From Candidatus Latescibacterota bacterium (GTDB lineage Bacteria > Latescibacterota > UBA2968 > GCA-2709665): a stretch of DNA of 64,000 bases. The position numbers and the translations under genes are program-made. The notes under the pieces were generated by a model that was not told the origin of the DNA, did not search any database, and saw nothing but the letters and a program-made list of their open reading frames with translations. This document shows positions 9,100 to 17,736 of this stretch, one piece after another (the stretch's first letter is position 1; each line of letters starts with the position of its first letter). The stretch is from contig OZ241917.1 of NCBI GenBank assembly GCA_965203805.1, positions 3,680,001 through 3,744,000 of the forward strand, read 5' to 3'.

Positions 9100-12000
9100 T
9101 TACTCTGAATCCGAACTGCCGAAGCGGGTACGGATAAATTCCCTGGTACTTTCTGCCGGGAGTTTCACGGTTCCCGGGCCGCTGCGGACAAAAAAATCAC
9201 CGCCGTCTTCCTTTTCGAGACCCTTCCACGAGAGGAACACCGGTTCCGGGCTCCGCTGGCAACTCACCACGCAGACTTCCTTGCCGTCGACAATCTGCAC
9301 TTCCGGATCGATGCAGGTGCCGGCGCGATCGCCGAGACCGTTTCGCACAACCTGTGCAAGATGGAGCATAAACTTGTCTCGCGTGTCGAGCCGGTCGTGT
9401 TCTATGCCAACGGCCGTACCGTCGTCGGCAACGCCGATCAGAAGGTCTCCGCCCTCCGTGTTGAGGAAGGCAGCGATCGTCTTGATCGCCGCGTGGGTGA
9501 TGCGTTTGTCGTCTTTCCGGTCTTCTTTCAGGTTCCAGCGCAGCGTGGACTTGAACTCCAGGGTCTTCGACTCGCCCTGTTTGATGAGGTCCTCGGCGCT
9601 GCGGTGAGTGCGGACATATTGATCGAACAGAATGTTCTTGATGACTTCGCCAAACGCACGGTCATCGGTGATGCGCTTGTAGAGATCGAAGTTGGAATCT
9701 ACGATCTCCTGGATAACCTCCTCAACCTTGTGATCGAAGGTCAATCGGACATTCTCGCGGGTATTCACGCGCGCCGCTGCGCCAAGCGCCGCGTCGTCCG
9801 AGAGCCTGTCCATCATCTGGCCGAGCGTGGCGCGGTGCTCTGGGCCGACACCAGCCCCGAAGCGTTCGTTCAGTTCGGCGATGATTCGCGACAGGGTCTC
9901 CATTTCTTCTTCGTGTAACCCGTGTGTGTCCTTTGTGCCGACCGGGTCGAGATTCGTAGTCCCTCGCTGGAGATTGATTCGGCCTTTACGGGTTTCCTGA
10001 ATTCGGTACGACTCCATGTCGATGTTCTGCTGAACCTCAAGCGGCAGCACGGCCCGGTCCATTGGCAACAGGCGGCGCAGGTGTCTCGAAAAGACGTACA
10101 GCTTCTCCAGATCAACGTCGTTGAACGGTAGTATCTGCGCGAGAAACGCGTAGAGCCGCACGTAGTCAACGAGCTGGCCCCGGAAGTCTATCTTTTCGGG
10201 TTCATCCAGGGCCGAAAAACGGTCGACAATGGGCTTGAGCACGCCATGAAGCCGGTCCTGTTTGGCGTCGCTGTCGAAGAAGACTTTGGCGAATTCGTCC
10301 ACGTCGCCCTGATCGTATACCGGAAAGTCGGCCAGGCGCGTCTGGACCTCGTAGAGCCGGTTGGGATCGGTCGCCTCCGAGAGCAGGGTCGTTTCGAAAT
10401 AGGGCTCGAAGGACTCTTTAATGTCATCGGCATCATTGGCGAAATCAAGTACCATTGTGCCGTCTTTTCCCGGCTCTGTGCGGTTAATCCTGGAAAGCGT
10501 CTGCACCGCGTTCACGCCGCCCAGTTTCTTGTCGACGTACATGGTGTGCAGAAGCGGCTGGTCGAAACCGGTCTGAAATTTGTTCGCACAGATCAGGAAT
10601 CGATATTCCAGCGCCTTGAACGTCCTGGCGGTCTGCGCCTCGGAAACGCCGTTCATGCCCGGTTCGGTATAAGATTGGCCGCCGTCCTCGACAGTGCCGG
10701 AGAACGCAACCAACGCTTTAAACGGATAGCCCTGCTCGGTGAGATAATTCTCCACTGCGAGTTTGAACCGCACGGCGTGCAATCGGGAGCGGGTGACGAT
10801 CATCGCCTTCGCCTTGCCGTCGACCTGGCTTTGCACTTGGTCGGCGAAGTGGTCGACCATGATTCGGACCTTCTGTTCAATGGCATGGGGGTGCAGATCG
10901 ACAAATGATCTGAGCAGATACGTCGCCTTGTTCCTGTCGTAGCGAGGATCGTCTTCCACCGTCTTCAACAGCCGCCAATAGGACTTGTACGTTGTGTAGT
11001 TCTCCAGGACGTCGAGGATGAATCCCTCTTCGATCGCCTGGCGCATGCTGTATAGATGGAACGGTTCGAACGATCCGTCCGGACGGCGTGTGCCGAACAG
11101 CTCCAGCGTCTTGGATTTCGGGGTCGCGGTGAAGGCAAAGGTCGAAAGATTCGGGAGGCGCCCGCGCTTCTCCATTTCCTCAAGGATCGCGTTTTCAAGT
11201 TCCTCTTCCGGTGTTTCGGCACCTGATTCCTCGTCCTCTGCTTCCGTGAGAGAATCCGAAGCCAGTACCGCCTTCAGGCTCTTCGTACTCTCCCCGGACT
11301 GCGACGAATGCGCTTCGTCGACAATCAGGGCGAACCGCTTGCCGGGCAACTGACCGATTTCCTCAGCGATCACCGGGAATTTTTGCAACGTGGTGACGAT
11401 AATTGTCTTCCCGGATTCAAGCGCTTCTTTGAGCTGGCGCGAGGTCGTATCGATATTTTCCACAACCCCCAGGGTCTGCTCGAACTGACGCATTGCGCCC
11501 TGGAGCGCGCGGTCGAGCACGCGCCGGTCCGTGATCACCACAATCGAATCGAAAACGCGTTTGTCTTCGGCATCGTGCAACGTGGACAACTGGTGGGCGA
11601 GCCAGGCGATGGTAAACGTCTTGCCGCTTCCGGCCGAGTGCTGGATCAGATAGCGCTGTCCCGCACCTGTCCGTCGAGCATTGGAAATGAGCTGGCGCAC
11701 ACAATCGAGTTGCTGGTAGCGCGGAAAAACGAGCGTCTTCTTGCCCGTCTTACGACCGTTCTCGTCTTCCTCCTCGACTTCGTGGACGAACTGCCGCACC
11801 AGGTCCAGCACGCTGTCGCGCGACCAGGTCTCCTCCCAGAGGTACGACGTGGCATAGCCGGATTGCGTGGGCGGAACCGGCGGGTTCCCCGCACCGCGGT
11901 TGTTGCCCCGGTTAAAGGGAAGGAAGCGTGTCTTGACACCGGCAAGGCGGGTGGTGACGTAGACCAGTTCCGGATCGACCGCGAAGTGCGCCAGGCAGCG

Positions 12001-12633
12001 ACCATAGGCCAACAACGGCTCGCCGCGGGGGTCGCGGTCCGTCTTGTACTGGCGGATTGCGTCCTCGACGGACTGACCGCTGAGCAGGTTCTTGAGTTCG
12101 GCGGTGAATATGGGGATGCCGTTCAGAAACAGGACCAGATCCAGGCTCTTCTCGTTCTTCGTGCTGTAGCGTACCTGGCGGACAACCGTGAAAAAGTTGG
12201 CCATATACAGTTGGCGCGTCTCCTCGTTGAGCCCGCTGGCCGGCCGGAAGTAAGCCAGCCGAAACGTGCAGCCCATATCCTTAATACCGTTTCGAAACAC
12301 GTGGAGAACGCCACGGCGATCGATTTCAGACGCCAGGCGCCTGAGAAAACGATCCCTGACCTCAGCGCCGTAGTGATGGGACAGCTTCTTCCATTCCTTA
12401 GGCTGCGTCGCAACGATGAAATTGTGAACGTCTCTGGACAGAAGGCACAGGCTGCGGTCGTAGTCCTCGGGCGTTCCCTTGAAGTAACCGCCGGGTTCCA
12501 TTCCCTCGCCGCCGACAGGCAACCGGCCTTCACGGACCCCGGCTGGAAGACCTCCTGATCCATCCTTGCCCTGGCCGAGCAGTGCCGCCTCGATGGCGTC
12601 TTCGAAGGCTTTTTCAGAAACAACGGGACTCAT
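9100..12633 (-). CDS. hsdR: Type I restriction enzyme R subunit with C-terminal Schlafen/AlbA_2 domain
   Basis: DLVLFLNGIP..ELK nuclease motif; HSAGSGKT; DEAH; FTATP; KFQTGFDQP; VQTLSRINR; C-terminal GESKTLEFKS..AFLNTEGGDLLIGVADDG. ATG at 12633 overlaps the Fic stop. Confidence 0.95.
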   Translation of the reverse strand: MSPVVSEKAFEDAIEAALLGQGKDGSGGLPAGVREGRLPVGGEGMEPGGYFKGTPEDYDRSLCLLSRDVHNFIVATQPKEWKKLSHHYGAEVRDRFLRRLASEIDRRGVLHVFRNGIKDMGCTFRLAYFRPASGLNEETRQLYMANFFTVVRQVRYSTKNEKSLDLVLFLNGIPIFTAELKNLLSGQSVEDAIRQYKTDRDPRGEPLLAYGRCLAHFAVDPELVYVTTRLAGVKTRFLPFNRGNNRGAGNPPVPPTQSGYATSYLWEETWSRDSVLDLVRQFVHEVEEEDENGRKTGKKTLVFPRYQQLDCVRQLISNARRTGAGQRYLIQHSAGSGKTFTIAWLAHQLSTLHDAEDKRVFDSIVVITDRRVLDRALQGAMRQFEQTLGVVENIDTTSRQLKEALESGKTIIVTTLQKFPVIAEEIGQLPGKRFALIVDEAHSSQSGESTKSLKAVLASDSLTEAEDEESGAETPEEELENAILEEMEKRGRLPNLSTFAFTATPKSKTLELFGTRRPDGSFEPFHLYSMRQAIEEGFILDVLENYTTYKSYWRLLKTVEDDPRYDRNKATYLLRSFVDLHPHAIEQKVRIMVDHFADQVQSQVDGKAKAMIVTRSRLHAVRFKLAVENYLTEQGYPFKALVAFSGTVEDGGQSYTEPGMNGVSEAQTARTFKALEYRFLICANKFQTGFDQPLLHTMYVDKKLGGVNAVQTLSRINRTEPGKDGTMVLDFANDADDIKESFEPYFETTLLSEATDPNRLYEVQTRLADFPVYDQGDVDEFAKVFFDSDAKQDRLHGVLKPIVDRFSALDEPEKIDFRGQLVDYVRLYAFLAQILPFNDVDLEKLYVFSRHLRRLLPMDRAVLPLEVQQNIDMESYRIQETRKGRINLQRGTTNLDPVGTKDTHGLHEEEMETLSRIIAELNERFGAGVGPEHRATLGQMMDRLSDDAALGAAARVNTRENVRLTFDHKVEEVIQEIVDSNFDLYKRITDDRAFGEVIKNILFDQYVRTHRSAEDLIKQGESKTLEFKSTLRWNLKEDRKDDKRITHAAIKTIAAFLNTEGGDLLIGVADDGTAVGIEHDRLDTRDKFMLHLAQVVRNGLGDRAGTCIDPEVQIVDGKEVCVVSCQRSPEPVFLSWKGLEKEDGGDFFVRSGPGTVKLPAESTREFIRTRFGSSDSE

Positions 12634-13829
12634 AATGCGACTCGTGCAGGCGTTGTGGTTTTCGTTTCGTCCTCTTTTGCGACAGACGGCGCATCCAGGA
12701 CTTCCAGCACTGCGTCCGCACAATATACACGGTTTCGCTGTGCTTCGCCAACCGGCGTAACAATTCCTGCCGACTGTAACCTATCGACGGCGCGACGAGC
12801 CGTGGTATAGGCGACACCGAGCTTCGATGCAAGCGTGGGGACGTTCCAGAACGGGAAGTCAGCGAACAGTTCCAGGACTTTCTCAAGATTCGCCGATCTG
12901 GCCCCGGCGAACTGATCCGACCAGAGGTGGAACAATTCGTCGATACGTCGGATCCGACCAATGGCGTCTTCCGCCTGTTCGGCAACACCTTGCAGAAAGT
13001 ACACCAGCCACGCCTCCCACGCTCCGTCGCGGGTCACTCGTAGCAGGTGCTCATAATACTCCTTGCGCGTCGATTCAAAGTACGGGCTCAGGTATAGAAG
13101 TGGCGATGGTAAGACGCCACGCGAAACCAGCAGCAGTGGAATAAGCAGCCGTCCAATCCGTCCATTCCCGTCGAGAAACGGATGAATCGCCTCGAACTGT
13201 GAATGCATAAGGGCGGCGTGGACGAGAGGAGGCAGTGATTCGTCGTGAAGAAAGCTCTCCCACGCGCCGAGGCATCCCGTCAGTTCGTCGGGTGGTGGCG
13301 GCACGTACGTGGCATTATTCAGCACCGACCCGGGCGGGCCTATCCAGTTCTGGCTGCGGCGAAACTCACCAGGCGTTGCTCTTTCGCCACGCACACCGTG
13401 CATAAGACGCTCGTGCAGTTCGCGAACCAGCCGTAGCGAAAGCGGAAGCGTTTCCAGGCGATCAATACCGTAGTCCAACGCCACGATATAGTTCGCCACT
13501 TCCTCCAATTCTTCCGCGCTTCGCTCTACCCTCGCTCCGGCATCTGCAGCGAACAACTCGCCAAGGGAAACCTGCGTCCCCTCGATGCGGCTCGAAAGCA
13601 CGGCTTCCTTGAACAGGAACGACCGGATCAAGAGATACGGAACCGCCATGGGCCTGCCTTCTCCCGCAAGACGGCCCATGGCATTATCGGCACGCGAAAG
13701 CGCGAGTACCAATTCTCCGTCCCAGGAAATCTCGGGTGGAAGAGGGCCCGGGACAAATGCGCTGTACCCACTTGGACATCTGACCGTTCGACCGTGGGGT
13801 TGGCGTTGTCCGTTGTTTCCGGATGTCAC
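12630..13829 (-). CDS. Fic family protein with C-terminal HTH
   Basis: HPFLDGNGRIGR; EAVLSSRIEG; PGEFRRSQNWIG. Confidence 0.95.
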   Translation of the reverse strand: MTSGNNGQRQPHGRTVRCPSGYSAFVPGPLPPEISWDGELVLALSRADNAMGRLAGEGRPMAVPYLLIRSFLFKEAVLSSRIEGTQVSLGELFAADAGARVERSAEELEEVANYIVALDYGIDRLETLPLSLRLVRELHERLMHGVRGERATPGEFRRSQNWIGPPGSVLNNATYVPPPPDELTGCLGAWESFLHDESLPPLVHAALMHSQFEAIHPFLDGNGRIGRLLIPLLLVSRGVLPSPLLYLSPYFESTRKEYYEHLLRVTRDGAWEAWLVYFLQGVAEQAEDAIGRIRRIDELFHLWSDQFAGARSANLEKVLELFADFPFWNVPTLASKLGVAYTTARRAVDRLQSAGIVTPVGEAQRNRVYCADAVLEVLDAPSVAKEDETKTTTPARVAL

Positions 13830-13837
13830 AATGCTGC

Positions 13838-13911
13838 CTTCTTATCGATTGAGAAAATAACAACGAGACTTATTAGCGAAAACACCATAATTCGATAATA
13901 ATAATACGCAA
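13838..13911 (-). promoter_or_regulatory. Fic promoter/operator, 64-bp three-box repeat copy C
   Basis: TTGCGT-16-TATGGT overlapped by the inverted repeat TTATTATCGA-N12-TCGCTAATAA, plus a third box. Confidence 0.6.
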
Positions 13912-13962
13912 AATCGGTGAACGTGGAAATAACAGATATGCGAATTAATCCCAAATGAAGGA

Positions 13963-14454
13963 CTATAAATGTCGAAGCACGAATCGCGCCCGTTCCGTCC
14001 TTAGCATATCAAAGGGCGCCATACACTTGATACCAAGTCCAATACACGCGTCGGGAATCTTGACCTTGCGTGGGGAATTCGATGGAATTTCATGAGTAAC
14101 AACGACATGCTGGCCAGCAAAAGCCTGAGCAACCAGATAATAATCCGCTTTCTGAAAGAACGTGTTGACCGCGGATTGGTCATACGTTTGGCCCATGACC
14201 CATTCGCTCACGGTCGTAAGCGCAGCGAGGAGCGTTGAGTCCGGGCGGAGAAAGAAGCCATATCCTCTTTCCTCGGACCAATCGGCAAGTTCATCTTCAA
14301 TCGCAGACAATTCGTCACGGACCTTTTCGATGCTGTACACTTTATCGTTATTGTTCTGCATTATGAGCCATTCCCAAAAAGCCGGGCAGAAATCAAATCC
14401 GTAGTGGAGGTCTTTGGCTTGGATAAACACGTTGGTGTCGAGAAGATAGGCCAT
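13963..14454 (-). CDS. DUF4411 family PIN-like protein
   Basis: YLLDTNVFIQA, FCPAFWEWL, ADYYLVAQA, VVTHE, KIPDAC. Confidence 0.9.
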   Translation of the reverse strand: MAYLLDTNVFIQAKDLHYGFDFCPAFWEWLIMQNNNDKVYSIEKVRDELSAIEDELADWSEERGYGFFLRPDSTLLAALTTVSEWVMGQTYDQSAVNTFFQKADYYLVAQAFAGQHVVVTHEIPSNSPRKVKIPDACIGLGIKCMAPFDMLRTERARFVLRHL

Positions 14455-15600
14455 TTACAGACCCAACCCCAGGCTCTCGGCGACCTGTTTGAATGTGGAT
14501 AGCTTCCTGACTCCCAGCATCCGAAAGGACTCTGTGTAGGATGTTCGACCCTCAAGAGTGCTCACAACGAGAGCCCTTGCCAATCGCTTGCTGACCCGTG
14601 CCCCCACGTTCCGAATCGCGTGGCCTCCACTACCACCCCGGAGATCGTGAAGACGGTCCAACTCAGTTCTGTATGCCGACCAGAACGAATGCTCATCCAG
14701 TCCTCCGACGTCGTGGACTCTTCGCAGGACCACGAGGGTGCTCACCTTGAAACGACGGGCGAGGCGGTTAACTTCGACCCCTGACCCGGTACGGGAGCGT
14801 AACTCCTCTCGGATGGCGTCGGAAGGTACGAGCATCTCCGCCGCTACCTGATTGCACCAGCGTTCTGTAACGTGATCAGGCATCGATATCGTCTCGATGT
14901 TCGATATCCCGGACTTGCCGAGCCAGAGATGGGCGATCTCATGCGCCAGGGTGAACATCTGAGCGGCTTTTGTGTCCGCGCCGTTGATAAAGATGAGCGG
15001 CGCCAGGGGATCCGAAAGGGCAAATCCGCGAAATTCTTCGGGATCGAGAGGCCGATGCGTGTTGCTGCCCACAATACCATTGACCATCACTAGTATACCA
15101 AGCGAGTCGGCCTCGTCGATGAACAGGCGTAAAGCGTCTGTCCACGTGGGGGATTGACGTCGCTGGGCCAGATCGAACTTTAGCGTCTGCCGAATGCTCG
15201 CCGCAGCCGACACAGGTTCCGCCGTCTCATCCATGCTGCCTACGAACTCTAGAGCCGCCTCGCCAGCGCTGCGCGCTTCGTCCCTGTACCAATCCTGTCG
15301 TTGCTGACAGAGATATAGCGTGTCCAACAGATCCGCGGAAGGCCGGCTGACGCAAACACCACTCATTGTTCGGAAATCGATGACAGGTAGCTCTTCGACG
15401 GGTGGCTCAGCAAGAAACATGTACCCGATCGGGGTATACGTCGTTCTGGCGAAGGTCTCCAGTTGCTTCAATGTCGGCTGCACTTCGCCCTGTTCCCAAG
15501 AGTCCAACTTCGGGAATCGCTTTTGCAGGTCATGAACGCTGCGGCCGGACCGCTCTCGCGCCCAGCGCAGAAGTGCTGGTTGTACGTTTACTCGGTTCAT
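14455..15600 (-). CDS. XRE-HTH + ImmA/IrrE family metallopeptidase
   Basis: N-terminal LLRWARER..WEQGEVQPTLKQL HTH; EEFRGFAL; FTLAHEIAH; ERWCNQVAAE. Confidence 0.92.
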   Translation of the reverse strand: MNRVNVQPALLRWARERSGRSVHDLQKRFPKLDSWEQGEVQPTLKQLETFARTTYTPIGYMFLAEPPVEELPVIDFRTMSGVCVSRPSADLLDTLYLCQQRQDWYRDEARSAGEAALEFVGSMDETAEPVSAAASIRQTLKFDLAQRRQSPTWTDALRLFIDEADSLGILVMVNGIVGSNTHRPLDPEEFRGFALSDPLAPLIFINGADTKAAQMFTLAHEIAHLWLGKSGISNIETISMPDHVTERWCNQVAAEMLVPSDAIREELRSRTGSGVEVNRLARRFKVSTLVVLRRVHDVGGLDEHSFWSAYRTELDRLHDLRGGSGGHAIRNVGARVSKRLARALVVSTLEGRTSYTESFRMLGVRKLSTFKQVAESLGLGL

Positions 15601-15629
15601 TTGACTGCCTCGTGACAGATTTTTGCGGG

Positions 15630-16220
15630 TCAGGCTTCTTTGCTGAATGCACTATGCATTGAGCCATTCCACGATTGGGTCAAGTTCGTCAATCGTGACT
15701 CGCCGAATCTGAAAACCATTGTTAACATCAAAAAAAAAAGACCCGCGTACTCGGGAAGGTCCACCCAACTTGGTGGATCTTGACGGGGAGCTTGATGCCG
15801 TGTTTCATAGGTGAATTTTCCTTCTACGAATGTTAACAGAGCAATTCCCTGACTTTTGGCGAACTTAATCGCTCCCCTTTGAAATCCAGAGGTAGAAAAA
15901 ATCATCCCCTTGTGGGAAGCTGTGGATTGGATTTTCATTGCAAAAGCTAAGACATCATCGCGTTCGACCGGTCGACGGTGGCGCTTGCATTCGACGAGGA
16001 CCTTTATGATAGCCCCTCCGAACAAAGAGAACTCAACTACGACATCTATCTCGTAATCACCACCGTGACCTTCAACCTTCTGCCGATGGCGTAGACAGAA
16101 ACCGATTCCTTCTTGCTTCCGAGAATTCGACAGCCAGCGAAGCACTTCTCTTTCGTAATCCTCGGGAGTAATTTCCAGGGATTCTGCTGGATTCCAGGGA
16201 CTCTCGGGGTTTCGATTCAC
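15630..16220 (-). CDS. Mrr-type restriction endonuclease, probably frameshifted near the 3' end
   Basis: EIDVV..LVECKRH, FSTSGFQRGA; T10 tract at 15730-15739. Confidence 0.85.
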   Translation of the reverse strand: MNRNPESPWNPAESLEITPEDYEREVLRWLSNSRKQEGIGFCLRHRQKVEGHGGDYEIDVVVEFSLFGGAIIKVLVECKRHRRPVERDDVLAFAMKIQSTASHKGMIFSTSGFQRGAIKFAKSQGIALLTFVEGKFTYETRHQAPRQDPPSWVDLPEYAGLFFLMLTMVFRFGESRLTNLTQSWNGSMHSAFSKEA

Positions 16221-16262
16221 TTCACACCCAATTGTAGATAACGGTTTTGGTGCAGGATCGGT

Positions 16263-17552
16263 TCATACAAGACTGCACACGTCGATCTTGCCTGTAACAA
16301 CTGATGATATTAAAGCCGCGCGAAGTTCCTTGAGGCAGTCGATCGCCCCCTCGATTTTGGTCACCAGCGCGTCCAGGTTGGACGTCTTGCGATCGAGAAT
16401 GTCGGCGATGGCGCGCTGCTCACTAACGGGTGGGATGGCAGTATGTTCTGCGTGAACATCATTTCGGTCTACCGCAGGGACAGCAGACTTGATCGAATGC
16501 AAGTAAAACAAGGGCGCTAAATGTACCAACATATATTGTAGAAAACGAGGTTCGTTTCGATGCAGATCGATGCTATAGAGCGCCGTGTTGTGGGGCCAAT
16601 AGGACCGATTTATCAAGTAAAACTGACCGATGGTTCCACAGCGACCTGTAACGATACCGGGCGCACTCGCAACAGCCCTGGAGTGCATAGATGAAATGCC
16701 GGATGAAGTAACGACAGGGACTTCGCCTTCTTCGCGGTTGTCGGATGGCAAATCGTGCCCGCGTTGGAACTTAATCACGGTAATAAGCCGCTTTACCTCC
16801 CAATGCGCTGGAATCTCGCCCAACCACTCGACGCCTGAGTCTTTCATCGCGGCATTCGGATCAAGGCCCCGGGTGACGGCGTGGCTGATGAGCGCGGCGC
16901 GTTTTTCCTGAAGCAATTCGATCAACCGCTCCTTCTTCGCCACAAGCGCGTCGATCCTGGCCGTCTCACGGTCCAGAAAGGCGGCGATGGCGCGCTGTTC
17001 GGGGAGGGGTGGGAGTGGTAAAAATGCCTCTTTGAGAGAGTCAGAATAGATCACGTCGATCGTGGTTGCATTGCTCATGAATTCAAGCTGTGACAAGATC
17101 AAACCACTTTTTTCAATGAGGTATTCTATGTAGTGTCTATAAGCAATCCTTTTTTCGATTTGAATCCTCAGCAGACATGGATGCAAAACGCCTCGCGGTG
17201 CCCCGGTAGGCACGATCATACATCGTCCAATAGTGCCGCGTGTTGTGACAAGCAGGTCACCAGGGAATGTCTCGAACGCCTTAAGCTCGTCAAATTTGGC
17301 TGCCGAAATGTAGTTCCGCCCTCCGTCAATGTCGCGATCTAATACCGTCCGTTGGTTGAAGACCTTAATCTCATTGTCCATCATTTCGGAACTATGCAAC
17401 TGGCTGCCGAAAGGTCCGGTCTTTATAGCACCTTTTCGGCCAATCAACAGATGCTTTATCCTTTTTGTTGACCAGTGAGCCGGAATTCGTCCCAGCCACT
17501 CGATGCCTGAGTCCTTGTAAGCGGGGTAAGGGTGGAGGACGGTGGATGTCAT
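16263..17552 (-). CDS. hsdS: Type I R-M specificity subunit
   Basis: Duplicated KDSG(I/V)EWLG.IPAHW and PP..EQRAIA..LDR.T..D conserved regions; VTGKIDV terminus. Confidence 0.95.
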   Translation of the reverse strand: MTSTVLHPYPAYKDSGIEWLGRIPAHWSTKRIKHLLIGRKGAIKTGPFGSQLHSSEMMDNEIKVFNQRTVLDRDIDGGRNYISAAKFDELKAFETFPGDLLVTTRGTIGRCMIVPTGAPRGVLHPCLLRIQIEKRIAYRHYIEYLIEKSGLILSQLEFMSNATTIDVIYSDSLKEAFLPLPPLPEQRAIAAFLDRETARIDALVAKKERLIELLQEKRAALISHAVTRGLDPNAAMKDSGVEWLGEIPAHWEVKRLITVIKFQRGHDLPSDNREEGEVPVVTSSGISSMHSRAVASAPGIVTGRCGTIGQFYLINRSYWPHNTALYSIDLHRNEPRFLQYMLVHLAPLFYLHSIKSAVPAVDRNDVHAEHTAIPPVSEQRAIADILDRKTSNLDALVTKIEGAIDCLKELRAALISSVVTGKIDVCSLV

Positions 17553-17676
17553 GGCGATCCTATGCTATTCTCCAATGTGGCGCTGGGATTCTCAGGGTCA
17601 TCGCGCCGGGTTGTTGATGATGTCCTGACGAATGCGATTGGGTGCTGCGTCATGCCGTATGGACATTTCTACGTAA

Positions 17677-17700
17677 GGCAGGGTTGAAACCTGCCCCTAC
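17677..17700 (-). repeat. GTAG-type REP-like palindrome
   Basis: Minus strand GTAGGGGCAGGTTTCAACCCTGCC. Confidence 0.55.
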
Positions 17701-17736
17701 CGGTGCGGTGTCGAAAGGCGCGTGCGCAATGACCTC

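Noticed and set aside
12634-12723. Extended N-terminus of HsdR in the ORF track
   Set aside because: It overlaps fic. ATG 12633 with ATGA coupling is the better start. Similar over-extensions were trimmed for the TPR protein, dnaK, the dioxygenase, ccmE, ccmC and the TrmH gene.
17560-17670. Faint resemblance to a RAYT fragment (..CCVMPYGH) next to a REP-like hairpin
   Set aside because: Too short and degenerate, with no intact HUH motif.
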